This document shows positions 16,999-25,168 of a stretch of 25,168 bases of DNA, in pieces. How positions within the stretch are numbered: the stretch's first letter is position 1; each line of letters opens with the position of its first letter. Origin of the DNA: a virus (lineage: Duplodnaviria > Caudoviricetes); IMG/VR virus record IMGVR_UViG_3300025635_000144, positions 1 through 25,168 of that record. The stretch is one strand, 5' to 3'. The notes under the pieces are model-generated. The model did not search any database. It was not told where the DNA came from and worked only from the letters and a program-made list of their open reading frames with translations. Made by a program: the position numbers and the translations under genes.

Positions 16999-17895
16999 TT
17001 AGGCTTTCGCTGTCCGCTTCTGCTGTTTGTACTGGATCACTTTCGTGTAGTTTCCAGTCTTCTCAGCTTCGGCTCGCAGCCGTTCAAGGGTTGAGTCCAC
17101 TGCGCCAGACACGCGACCAGTTCCCTGGATCGTGCGCTCAGGCGGTGGGGCTGCCTTACGGTTCGTCACTTTCAATTCCTTCTCCAGTTTCGCTACCGCA
17201 AAGGCAAACTTTACGGGGTCTTTGATGCTCGAGATTTCCTTGGCCTTCTTCGGGTTCTTGCCGAGTGCGTAAATCACGAGAGCCGGGTTGTCAGCGCCTT
17301 GCACCACGATGCCTTGCTGCGTGACGTCAAGAACTTCCTGGGCCACGGCCTCAGCGTCCTCAAAATCGCGCACCTTCAACTCGGCTCGCGCCTTGCCGTA
17401 GGATTCAAGCCTCGCTTGCCAAGCATCGTGCTGGGCCTTCTCGGCCTGGCGCTGCTGCTCGACTTGCTGATCGGCCACGCGCTTGCGCTCGTACCAATCG
17501 GCCAGTGCCGCTTCGAACTTCTCCGTGTCGTAATCATGGTCCTCCAGCTTTGGCTTCGCTCCCAGCGCGACCGGCTTGGTCTCAGTCGCTGCAGCAGCGT
17601 TCAGCTTGGCTTCGAGTTCCTTGATTCGACGTGCTTTCTCTCTGTCTGCCTTACGCAACTCACGAACCCACTCGGGCGCACGAGTCGTCTCTTCGGGAGG
17701 TGGCGCTTCCTCACCAATGGACACCACGACCTCATCGTCGTCGCCTTCAGTGTCATCGCCGTCGTCAGCATCGCCGTCCTGGTCGGTGATGGAATTGTCC
17801 TCATCACCCACGTTCTCAGTCTGGCCTGCCTCGTCGTCGAGCACTTCAACGTCGTCGATCTCGATCTGGTCTCCGTCTTCTGCCTTTTTTCCCAT
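16999..17895 (-). CDS. Capsid scaffolding protein
   Basis: 298 aa: acidic N-terminus, coiled coil, basic C-terminus; lies between portal and coat. Confidence 0.85.
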   Translation of the reverse strand: MGKKAEDGDQIEIDDVEVLDDEAGQTENVGDEDNSITDQDGDADDGDDTEGDDDEVVVSIGEEAPPPEETTRAPEWVRELRKADREKARRIKELEAKLNAAAATETKPVALGAKPKLEDHDYDTEKFEAALADWYERKRVADQQVEQQRQAEKAQHDAWQARLESYGKARAELKVRDFEDAEAVAQEVLDVTQQGIVVQGADNPALVIYALGKNPKKAKEISSIKDPVKFAFAVAKLEKELKVTNRKAAPPPERTIQGTGRVSGAVDSTLERLRAEAEKTGNYTKVIQYKQQKRTAKA

Positions 17896-17951
17896 CGTCT
17901 TACCCCATCAAACTCACCCACTGAAGCGGCTGGGTGGATACCGCATATTCG

Positions 17952-20018
17952 TCACATCGGTGGCTGGCCGGTGGCAGGCTGCGCCTGATCCACCACCACG
18001 CCGCCAATCTCACGCGCCAAATTCAGCGCGTGGTCTTGAGAATCCATGTCGACATTGGCCAGCGTCTCGACTGTGCGCGCGCGCGACAGTTCTGCGTCGG
18101 CCACGGTCTTGACCGTGTCGGCACGCGCCCTGGCTGCCTTGGCGATAGCTTCTTCGGCCGCTGCCTGCAGGAAGATCGCGTTCGGGTCTTGCTGGCCTTG
18201 CAGCATGGCCGCCAGTTCTTCGGCCTCTGCCTCGGTCGGCTCAACCACGCCCATGCGCACCAGCTTCTTGCGGAAGAAGTCGCGCACATCGCTGATGCCC
18301 TCGCCCTCCATGTTCATCATGGCCATGGCCTGCAGCACCTGCGAGGTTTCCGGGTCGGATGTGATGGCCATCATGCCGGTCAGGGCACGGACGGTGGCAG
18401 CGCGCTTGCTGCTGCTGGATGGGCCGACCTCGACGTCCACATCAAAGCTGGCCGAACTCAGGTCGTTCTGCAGGATGATCTCGCCAGTCTCCTGATCGAC
18501 CATCGGCTTCATCAACTCGACGGCCTGCACATCGCCGCTGGCGGTGATGGCCTTCATCTTGCGGCCGTCCTCGCTGTAAACCTCGCGCGCCATCGACAGC
18601 CAGATTTCGCCGCAGCGCTTCATGCCCTTGGCGAAGTTGCTCATGTAGATGAAGGTCTGCATGTCCAGACGGCTCTGGATCATCTCGACGGCCTTGCCGG
18701 AGATGTTGCTGACCATCTTGTCGGCCTGCTGCGCGTTGCCCAGAATGTCCTGCATGTCCTGCTCGGTGATCTGGAGCAGGGCCGCCATGGCCGGAGGGAT
18801 GGCCGGGCTGCGGGTGTAGGCCACCGGGCCGCTGACAGCTTGGTTGCCGTTCTGGTCCGTGATCGGGTTGATCAGCAGGTACGGATAGTCCTTGAGGTTG
18901 TCCTCTGCCCACATGACCTGGTGGCCAGCGACCTGCTCAGGCGTGAGGATCGGCTTCTCGACGCTGGACAGCGCGCTGATCTCGCCCAGCTTGGACAGCT
19001 GCATGTTTTTCAGGCGCTGCGCATCCTTGGCCAGGCGCACGTGGCCCATGCAGCGCTCGATGTTGTCCACGAACCAGCGCTTGCCGTAGACCGGCACGAT
19101 GGGGATGCATTTTCCTGCGATGTATCCAGCGTCCTCCAGAATCTTGCCGCCCGACATGATGTACTTGTGCACGCGCCGGGTCTTGAACTTCTTGCGCCGG
19201 ACCTCGACCGTGCCAACGGCCTCCAGCGTTTCCTCCAGGGTCTCGTCCTTGTCGAAGTCGGCCTGGGTGTAGCGTTCTTCCTCGCCAGCGATGGTGCGGA
19301 AGATGCGAACAGTCTCGGCCTTTTCCTCGACGCGGTAGTACTCGGCCACGTAGACCACATCAGGCGTGCACCAGTCGAACTCGTACTGGTGGACGATCTT
19401 TGGCCAGCTTGTCGGGTCGTCGCCCCACGTGTCCTTGTAGGCCTCGCGGGTCATGGCCGTGATCACGAAGCAGCGCTTGGCATCGGCCTTGTCCTGGCGC
19501 TTGGCCTCCAGATCAAAGAACACGGACGAGTCCGCGTCGAAGATCGGCTCGATGCGGATGCGCTGCTTGTCGTTGTCTGGGTCTTCCTCGTCCTCGTAGA
19601 CGGTGCGCAGACGCCAGGCACCGAAGCCGCCGCCCACAGCTTCCTCGAAGGCGTTGTCATAGGCCTCGTCGGCCACGCTGTCCTGCTCGTCCGCGCGGTA
19701 CAGACCGTCGCAGGTGTCTGCCAGGTCGTCGCGTTCCTCGCCGTCCTTGCTGGTGAAGTCAACGGTGATCCGGTTGTTGCGGTACTCGTTGATGATGCGG
19801 ATGACGGCCAGGTGAACCTTGTTCACCTCGAACTTGGGCTTGTTGGCGTACTGGTCCCAAAGTGGGCCTTCCCATTGGCTGCCTGCCAGGCTGTAGAAGC
19901 GACGGTCCTGCAAGCACTGCAGACGCTCGTCGCGCAGGGCTGTCTGGATGTTGTCGAACTCAGCCAGCGCCTCAGCATGCAGGTTTGCCAACTGTTGATC
20001 TCGGGAAATTCTGGCCAT
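17952..20018 (-). CDS. Portal protein (P22 gp1-like)
   Basis: 688 aa. GSQW, FEVNKV, EAVGGGFGAWR, IPIVPVYG, GHVRLAKDAQRL and SGKAV motifs; C-terminal helical barrel. Confidence 0.95.
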   Translation of the reverse strand: MARISRDQQLANLHAEALAEFDNIQTALRDERLQCLQDRRFYSLAGSQWEGPLWDQYANKPKFEVNKVHLAVIRIINEYRNNRITVDFTSKDGEERDDLADTCDGLYRADEQDSVADEAYDNAFEEAVGGGFGAWRLRTVYEDEEDPDNDKQRIRIEPIFDADSSVFFDLEAKRQDKADAKRCFVITAMTREAYKDTWGDDPTSWPKIVHQYEFDWCTPDVVYVAEYYRVEEKAETVRIFRTIAGEEERYTQADFDKDETLEETLEAVGTVEVRRKKFKTRRVHKYIMSGGKILEDAGYIAGKCIPIVPVYGKRWFVDNIERCMGHVRLAKDAQRLKNMQLSKLGEISALSSVEKPILTPEQVAGHQVMWAEDNLKDYPYLLINPITDQNGNQAVSGPVAYTRSPAIPPAMAALLQITEQDMQDILGNAQQADKMVSNISGKAVEMIQSRLDMQTFIYMSNFAKGMKRCGEIWLSMAREVYSEDGRKMKAITASGDVQAVELMKPMVDQETGEIILQNDLSSASFDVDVEVGPSSSSKRAATVRALTGMMAITSDPETSQVLQAMAMMNMEGEGISDVRDFFRKKLVRMGVVEPTEAEAEELAAMLQGQQDPNAIFLQAAAEEAIAKAARARADTVKTVADAELSRARTVETLANVDMDSQDHALNLAREIGGVVVDQAQPATGQPPM

Positions 20019-20045
20019 GGGCGCTCCTCACTTTGCAATATTGTC

Positions 20046-21512
20046 TCACCATTTGTGCATGACTGGCAATGGTGTGAAGTTGTGGGACTTCACCGCAGGC
20101 AGACGCTGCACCAGATTGATGGCGTCGAACATGGGGTCAAGCTGGTCGTCGTGCGCGCCAGCCGGGAAGCTGGCCACCTCGGCCAGGAAGTCTGACAGCC
20201 AAGGCGCGTCCTCGGGAAGGGCCACGTTGCCGGACTCGATGAACGGGGCCGCGTCGTAGCCACGGCTGATCTTGTCCTTGCTGCGCTGGACCGGCACCAC
20301 CGGGATGCCCTCGCGCCGCAGGGTCTGGATCAGGCCAGTGCCGGACACCTTATCCTCGACGTACATGCCGCGCAGCGCCGCCTTCTGGCACAGCGGCCGC
20401 TGGTCGCCCAGGTGCTTCATCCAGAAGGCGCGCGCCTGCACCAGCAACTCGGGAGCCTCCCACTTGCCGCGCACCTGGTCCAGCTTGACGGCCTTGCCGG
20501 TGCTCGAGCGTGCCCAGGCTTGCATGACCGACCAGTCGTTCTGCTCTGCCGTCTTCTGGGCCGTGTCCACCGTGATGAAGCGGAACTCCAACTGGGGCAC
20601 GGCCTTCCAGTAGGTGAACCACTCGGTGTTGATGATGCCGCCGCCGCGCGGGGCTGGCCGCTGCTGCAGTTGCCCGGCCGCGCCGTAGGTGCCAAGGGTC
20701 TTCTCCAACTCGGTCACCTGTTCCTCGCCAAAGCGCTCGGGCAACATCAACTCGCCTTCCTCGGTCCGTGGGTCGGACCATCCGATGGCCGTGGTGCTGC
20801 GCCGCTCCGGCTCGAAGCGCATGGGGATGCACAGATGCACGTAGGGCAGGCCCATATCCAGGATGACGCCGGAAATGTCCTTCTCGTTCAGGCGCTGCAT
20901 GATGACCACGATGGCCGACTTGTCCGAGTTGATCCGGGTCGGCAGCGTCTCGGTGAAGGCAATGCGTGCGGCCTCCAGTTTGGCCTGGCTGTTGGCGTTG
21001 TCCGCGCTGATCGGGTCGTCCAGGATGACGCGGTCGCCGCGCACGCCGGTCATGGAGGTGAAGGCGCGTGCCTGGCGCACGCCCTTTTTCGTGTTGCCGA
21101 ACTCGCGCTTGCCGTCCAGGTCGGCCAGCAGTTCGATGGGCCAGAGCCGCTGGTACCAGTCGGACTTGATCAGGTCGCGGCAGCGCCTGCTGTCTCGGAT
21201 GGCCAGTTGCTCCTCATGGGCCGTGCCGACGAATCGCATCTCGGGCAGGCCGCGCGGTCCCCACTCCCAGGCTGGCCAAATGACGCCGGTCAGAAGCGAC
21301 TTCATCGAGCCGGGTGGCACGTTCATCAGCAGTCGGGTGATTTCACCCTTGGTCACGGCCTCCAGGTGCAGGCAAATGGCGTCCAATGCCCAGCCCCACT
21401 TCAGTTCGGCAGCCGGTTCGAGCACGCGCCAGGCGCGCTTGGCAAACTCTGCCAGGCTGCGCCTGCACAACTCGCGCTCGATGGCCAGCAGGTCAGCTTG
21501 CGTCAGTTGCAT
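20046..21512 (-). CDS. terL: Terminase large subunit
   Basis: Walker A NVPPGSMKS, Walker B VILDDP, IMQRL, LQQRP; nuclease motifs VDTA, EDKVSG and HDDQLD. Confidence 0.95.
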   Translation of the reverse strand: MQLTQADLLAIERELCRRSLAEFAKRAWRVLEPAAELKWGWALDAICLHLEAVTKGEITRLLMNVPPGSMKSLLTGVIWPAWEWGPRGLPEMRFVGTAHEEQLAIRDSRRCRDLIKSDWYQRLWPIELLADLDGKREFGNTKKGVRQARAFTSMTGVRGDRVILDDPISADNANSQAKLEAARIAFTETLPTRINSDKSAIVVIMQRLNEKDISGVILDMGLPYVHLCIPMRFEPERRSTTAIGWSDPRTEEGELMLPERFGEEQVTELEKTLGTYGAAGQLQQRPAPRGGGIINTEWFTYWKAVPQLEFRFITVDTAQKTAEQNDWSVMQAWARSSTGKAVKLDQVRGKWEAPELLVQARAFWMKHLGDQRPLCQKAALRGMYVEDKVSGTGLIQTLRREGIPVVPVQRSKDKISRGYDAAPFIESGNVALPEDAPWLSDFLAEVASFPAGAHDDQLDPMFDAINLVQRLPAVKSHNFTPLPVMHKW

Positions 21513-21993
21513 CTCTCGCCGCCATAATTTCGGCCAGCGCCTCGGTGGAAATCTTCGAGACGTCGATGGTCGCCACCTGGATCGGTGCGCCGTCCTTGCC
21601 GGTGATCTCGTGCTGCTGCACTTCCTTCCAGCGCATCTGGGTCTTGGACCACCAGATAGCCGCCGTGGTGTCGCCTGCCATAACCTTCTGGAATAGGGTT
21701 TTCCCTACCTGCCCATTGGCCTTGGCCTTTCCGGAGACCAGTTCGGTCGCAAAGTGCTTGCGCAGGGTGTCGGTGTCGATGCCGTCGCGCACCAGGACTG
21801 CGATCTGCTCGATGGGCAGGCCATAGCCGGACAGGGCTTCGACCTGTTTGCGCTCGGATTCAGTGGGCACAAATGCCGGTCGGCCAGCCCCTTCGCGCGC
21901 CCCTCCGCTGTTCGGCCTGGGACCTCCTTGCTTTTTTGTGACCGATTTTTCAGCAGCTTCAGGCTGCTTCTTTGTTTGCTTTTTCGTTGCCAT
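21493..21993 (-). CDS. terS: Terminase small subunit
   Basis: 166 aa directly upstream of terL. GGAREGAGRP, HTH segment, GDTTAAIWW..WKE and EITGKDGAPI. Confidence 0.8.
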   Translation of the reverse strand: MATKKQTKKQPEAAEKSVTKKQGGPRPNSGGAREGAGRPAFVPTESERKQVEALSGYGLPIEQIAVLVRDGIDTDTLRKHFATELVSGKAKANGQVGKTLFQKVMAGDTTAAIWWSKTQMRWKEVQQHEITGKDGAPIQVATIDVSKISTEALAEIMAARDATDAS

Positions 21994-23224
21994 TTTTAAC
22001 CTCCGCGAAAGGTTTTCCAGTTTCTGCGTGTGTTGCCTGCTTGCCGGTGAACTCCTGCCAGCGGGTGACGATCACGTCGCAGTACTTGGGGTCAAGCTCC
22101 ATCAGCCGGGCTTGCCGTCCTGTTTTCTCGCAGGCAATGAGCGTGCTGCCGCTGCCGCCGAAGCAATCGATCACGGTGTCACCAGCCTTGCTGCTGTTGC
22201 CGATGGCCTTTTCGACCAACTCCACAGGCTTTTGCGTGGGGTGAACGTAGTCGGCGGTGTTGCCCCGGCTCATGTACCAGACGTCGGACTGGCTGCGGTC
22301 GCCAAAGAACTGGCCGCCCTTGCTGTAGAAGATAAATTCGTGCTGCGGTCGGTAGTCCTGGTGCCCCAAGCCAACGCTTTTCTTGTCCCAAACGATGCAG
22401 GAATTGACCTCCATGCCACACGACTTCATGGCCGCCTCGAACTCGGCGTAGGTGCGCCACGGGAAGCAGACGTAGGCTGAAGCGCCCTCTTTGCAGCTGG
22501 CCTTGGCGGTCGCCAGCGCGTCGCGCACCAGGGCGATCAGGTCCGCGCCTTGGGCGTCGTCGCCCTTGATCATCCCGAACTGCTTTTTGCCCCGGCCCCC
22601 GTCGTAGCTCATGCCGTAGGGCGGGTCGGTGAAGATCATGTCGGCGCGTTGCTTTTCCATCAGGCGGTCGAATGCGTCCATGCTGGTGCTGTCGCCGCAC
22701 AGCAGCCGGTGGCCGCCGAGCACCCACACATCCCCCGGCACCGTCACCGGGTTGGCCGGTACCGGCGGCGCTTCGTCCGGGTCGGTTAGACCCTCGGTCA
22801 CTTCCACCGGCATCAGGGCTTTGATTTCCTCGTCCGAAAAGCCTGTCAGCTCAACGTCAAAGCCCAGGCCATCGAGTTCGGCCAACTCCAGCGCCAGCAA
22901 CTCGTTGTCCCAGCCAGCGTTTAGCGCCAGCTTGTTGTCCGCGATAACGTAGGCACGCTTCTGGGCCTCGCTCCAGCCTTTGGCAACCATGACCGGCAAT
23001 GATGCCAGGCCGAGCTTACGGGCGGCCATCAGGCGACCATGACCGGCAATGATGCTGCCAGACTCGTCAACCAAAACCGCGGTGGTAAATCCCCATTCCT
23101 TGATCGAGGCAGCGATCTGCGCGATCTGGTCTTCGGAGTGCGTGCGCGAGTTCTTGGCGTAGGGCACCAGCTTTTCGATGGGCCACTGCTCGACCTTGTC
23201 GGCCGGGTTGTTCTTCTTGCTCAT
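21959..23224 (-). CDS. ParB/Srx N-terminal domain fused to N6A/N4C DNA methyltransferase (beta class)
   Basis: N-terminal PYAKNSRTH..IKEWGF..IIAGHGRL..ADNK (ParB-like); catalytic DPPY, then HPTQKP and DCFGGSGST. Confidence 0.93.
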   Translation of the reverse strand: MSKKNNPADKVEQWPIEKLVPYAKNSRTHSEDQIAQIAASIKEWGFTTAVLVDESGSIIAGHGRLMAARKLGLASLPVMVAKGWSEAQKRAYVIADNKLALNAGWDNELLALELAELDGLGFDVELTGFSDEEIKALMPVEVTEGLTDPDEAPPVPANPVTVPGDVWVLGGHRLLCGDSTSMDAFDRLMEKQRADMIFTDPPYGMSYDGGRGKKQFGMIKGDDAQGADLIALVRDALATAKASCKEGASAYVCFPWRTYAEFEAAMKSCGMEVNSCIVWDKKSVGLGHQDYRPQHEFIFYSKGGQFFGDRSQSDVWYMSRGNTADYVHPTQKPVELVEKAIGNSSKAGDTVIDCFGGSGSTLIACEKTGRQARLMELDPKYCDVIVTRWQEFTGKQATHAETGKPFAEVKNGNEKANKEAA

Positions 23225-23904
23225 TCTTGCTGAAACTCGATAGCGGCTTGGCTTGCAGGCACTTCTTGCACGTTTTCATCTTGCCCGAATAGCGTATTTT
23301 GACGATACGCATTATATATTCTTTCACAGGCTATGTCAAAATACTTGCGCTCTCGCTCAATCCCGGTAAAGGCTTTGCCAAGGTTGGCGCAGGCTACGCC
23401 AGTAGTTCCGCTGCCCATGAACGGGTCGCAAACCGTTTCAACGCCTTCCGCCTTGCTTATGCACCACTCAAGCAACCGCACAGGCTTTTGTGTCGGGTGC
23501 GCCCTGTCTTTTACCGGCACATCGTCGCCCACCTTTCCGCACCACTTGGCCGCATTCATGTCCATCGAAGTCCAAGCCATTTCGCCTACCGCGTAGCTTG
23601 GTGGCATTGGCGATTTGTCCCAAAACAAAAACCCGCGCGTCGGTGGAAGGTTGAAGTAGTTGCCGCCCCAAACAATCAACTGCCTGCCCTTCTCGCGCAT
23701 CAGCCCAAAAAGCCAATCTGGCGGGGTTGCGTCGTCCCAATCTTCGTCGTCCATTTTCAAGTTGCTGTGCGAGCCTCGCGCCGCTCCAATCCCATACGGC
23801 GGGTCTGTCAGCACAAGATCGACGGGCGGCAGCAGCGGCAGCACTTCGCGGCAGTCACCGTGCCACAGTTCGCAATTCCCGATTGTCACTTTCTCAGCCA
23901 TCAT
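23221..23904 (-). CDS. Stand-alone N6A/N4C DNA methyltransferase (beta class)
   Basis: GDCREVL, TDPPYG, HPTQKP and DPFMGSGTTG; ATG 23904 overlaps the upstream TGA. Confidence 0.93.
   Translation of the reverse strand: MMAEKVTIGNCELWHGDCREVLPLLPPVDLVLTDPPYGIGAARGSHSNLKMDDEDWDDATPPDWLFGLMREKGRQLIVWGGNYFNLPPTRGFLFWDKSPMPPSYAVGEMAWTSMDMNAAKWCGKVGDDVPVKDRAHPTQKPVRLLEWCISKAEGVETVCDPFMGSGTTGVACANLGKAFTGIERERKYFDIACERIYNAYRQNTLFGQDENVQEVPASQAAIEFQQE
23222..23279 (-). pseudogene. Remnant N-terminus of a zinc-finger HNH endonuclease
   Basis: An alternative frame reads MKTCKKCLQAKPLSSFSKN, resembling the KxCxxCxxxKPLxxF start of phage HNH nucleases, then runs into ParB-MTase sequence. Confidence 0.55.
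23311..23339 (-). promoter_or_regulatory. Consensus sigma70 promoter inside the MTase 3' end
   Basis: TTGACA (23339-23334)-N17-TATAAT (23316-23311), an exact consensus match. Confidence 0.8.
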
Positions 23905-24098
23905 CAATTCCTCAGAACAAATGCCATGACTTCCTCCTTATCAATCTCGCCCCACTTCTCCCTTTTCTCGATCCCTTTGAGATAGCCTTTGAGCAAGGTC
24001 TTCTTGTCCTTCGGCCCGGAATAATTTTCATTGTGGAGGTTGTGCTTTCCGAGGTTTTTTATGAACTCAATCTCGTTTTTTGTTGTGTGATTGCTCAT
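23904..24098 (-). CDS. Hypothetical protein, paralog of 24788-25012
   Basis: 64 aa; GGAG RBS; shares FIKNLGKH and TLLKGYLKG with the paralog. Confidence 0.8.
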   Translation of the reverse strand: MSNHTTKNEIEFIKNLGKHNLHNENYSGPKDKKTLLKGYLKGIEKREKWGEIDKEEVMAFVLRN

Positions 24099-24116
24099 TT
24101 ACCTGTTATCTCCCTG

Positions 24117-24434
24117 TTAAGAATCATCAGCGATCACCCGCGCCAGATGTCGCAACGTCTTTACTTCCAATTCACATCCATTAACGAAAGCAACAGTCTT
24201 TGGTCGCTTGCCCATGCCGCACTCAAATTCGTACCACTGCAACCACTCGTTACGATCTCCTATTAATTCGCTCATGGCAACCGTATAGGCAGTCCAAACG
24301 TCGAACACCGGGCGCAGCAACTTGCAATCCGGCATTGCGTCGGTAAGTTTGTTCAGGTCGCCATAAACGGCCATCAGTTCGTTGTATCGACGCTTCCAGT
24401 GCTTCAGCCGTTCGTTGATCTCTTCAATTTCCAC
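24117..24434 (-). CDS. Hypothetical protein
   Basis: 105 aa, GTG start with GGAGA RBS; tiles with neighbouring genes. Confidence 0.7.
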   Translation of the reverse strand: MEIEEINERLKHWKRRYNELMAVYGDLNKLTDAMPDCKLLRPVFDVWTAYTVAMSELIGDRNEWLQWYEFECGMGKRPKTVAFVNGCELEVKTLRHLARVIADDS

Positions 24435-24479
24435 TTTTGCTGTCTCCAGTCCCTAACACGTCATTCGTGCCAATTAATG

Positions 24480-24659
24480 TCATGCTTTCTCCCTTTCATG
24501 TTTTTCAGCAACTTCTTTACACCCATCAAAGTCGTTGCACCATTTCAAAAGTTCATCCTTGTAAAAAATCTGATATAGCGTGCAGCCGTCGACATAGTTC
24601 TTCGCGACCCTGTAATCTCCTGATTGCATGCCGTGGGTTCCAACGCGCTGCCATTTCAT
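24480..24659 (-). CDS. Hypothetical protein
   Basis: 59 aa from ATG 24659 (MKWQRVG...); the start abuts the inserted element. Confidence 0.65.
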   Translation of the reverse strand: MKWQRVGTHGMQSGDYRVAKNYVDGCTLYQIFYKDELLKWCNDFDGCKEVAEKHEREKA

Positions 24660-24808
24660 CAATTTGCGCGGGAAACCTCGGCCTGAAGGCCGGGGAGGTA
24701 TAGCGCGGCTTGCGAAGCAAGCCCTAATCCCGCTCTCCTTTCTGTGAAGTTGCTATACTCACCGGCATGCCTGAGAAGCCCCCGCCTTCAGGCCGGGGAG
24801 GATGTCAA
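24660..24808 (+). mobile_element. Non-autonomous IS200/IS605-family miniature element (internally deleted, PATE-like)
   Basis: Left end GAAA+CCTCGGCC-TGAA-GGCCGGGG (24672-24695). Right end GAAG+CCCCCGCC-TTCA-GGCCGGGG-AGGATGTCAA (24775-24808). No transposase or tnpB ORF; left flank ends in TCAT. Confidence 0.8.
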
Positions 24809-25012
24809 CAGTTCGCTCTCTGCAAAAGCAATCACTTTCTCTTTTTCGATATTGCGCCAATCCACCCGCAGAGAGCAGCCTTTCAGGTATCCTTTCAGTA
24901 AAGTCGCACGAGGCAGCTTGGTGGGAGGTTCCAGATGTTTGCCAAGGTTCTTGATAAAGTCCAGTTCAAAGCGGGTTTCTATGTTGTGTGCGTGGGTATA
25001 TTGGTTCCCCAT
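24788..25012 (-). CDS. Hypothetical protein, paralog of 23904-24098; last codons supplied by the inserted element
   Basis: 74 aa, GGAG RBS; the terminal LTSSPA is read from the IS right end. Confidence 0.8.
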   Translation of the reverse strand: MGNQYTHAHNIETRFELDFIKNLGKHLEPPTKLPRATLLKGYLKGCSLRVDWRNIEKEKVIAFAESELLTSSPA

Positions 25013-25040
25013 AATTTTTCTCCAGTAAGTTTTAGACCAG

Positions 25041-25168
25041 CTATGCCAAGCCCCATATGCCGTAGCACTTGACTCGGTTTTGCGAATCTACTTTGTAAGC
25101 TGTAGGTTTGACGGGTTCTTGCTTCAGCCGACAACGTCTCTCTTCTACGTAGGTAACATCCATTGACC
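25041..25168 (-). CDS. Possible 3' end of a hypothetical gene cut by the window edge
   Basis: Open frame ...MDVTYVEERRCRLKQEPVKPTAYKVDSQNRVKCYGIWGLA* ending just before the next RBS; a second frame is also open. Confidence 0.35.
   Translation of the reverse strand, partial: SMDVTYVEERRCRLKQEPVKPTAYKVDSQNRVKCYGIWGLA

Noticed and set aside
12102-17002. 533-aa (12102-13703) and 517-aa (15449-17002) plus-strand ORFs
   Set aside because: Antisense shadows of the gp10-like and coat genes
20036-20070. Possible promoter TTGCCA-N18-GACAAT upstream of the portal gene
   Set aside because: Weak match that could arise by chance; no independent support
17934-20195. 753-aa plus-strand ORF
   Set aside because: Antisense shadow of the portal gene caused by GC3-biased codons; no recognisable motifs
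23067-23327. 86-aa ORF as an intact gene
   Set aside because: Only the KTCKKC segment looks protein-like; the rest is an alternative frame of the two MTases, so it is treated as a remnant
1-25168. CRISPR array, tRNA, integrase, reverse transcriptase/DGR or stop-codon reassignment
   Set aside because: None seen by eye; genes tile cleanly under the standard code

Overview
This window is the late region of a P22-like podophage or prophage, transcribed almost entirely on the minus strand. Read right to left it holds small hypothetical genes, two tandem DNA methyltransferases (one ParB-fused), terS, terL, portal, scaffold, coat, a gp4 adaptor, a gp10 hub, an enlarged needle/fibre, a GNAT (gp14-like), three ejection proteins, a tailspike and a lysis cassette with an M15 endolysin and a 3TM holin. 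The host is probably proteobacterial, with GGAGACA-type RBSs hinting at Betaproteobacteria (inference). The most notable signals lie outside the standard genes: (1) a terminal ~60-nt candidate anti-Shine-Dalgarno sRNA (GUUGUCUCCUCC, hairpin, terminator) complementary to the RBSs of two phage genes; (2) two HNH endonuclease genes and one HNH remnant, each with its own sigma70-like promoter and a structured leader, including a perfect TTGACA-N17-TATAAT inside a methyltransferase gene; (3) a ~150-bp internally deleted IS200/IS605 element inserted at a gene junction; (4) a candidate pseudoknot upstream of the scaffold gene; (5) a HiPIP-like Cys protein in the tail operon. All calls come from reading the sequence and recognising motifs; no database searches were run.
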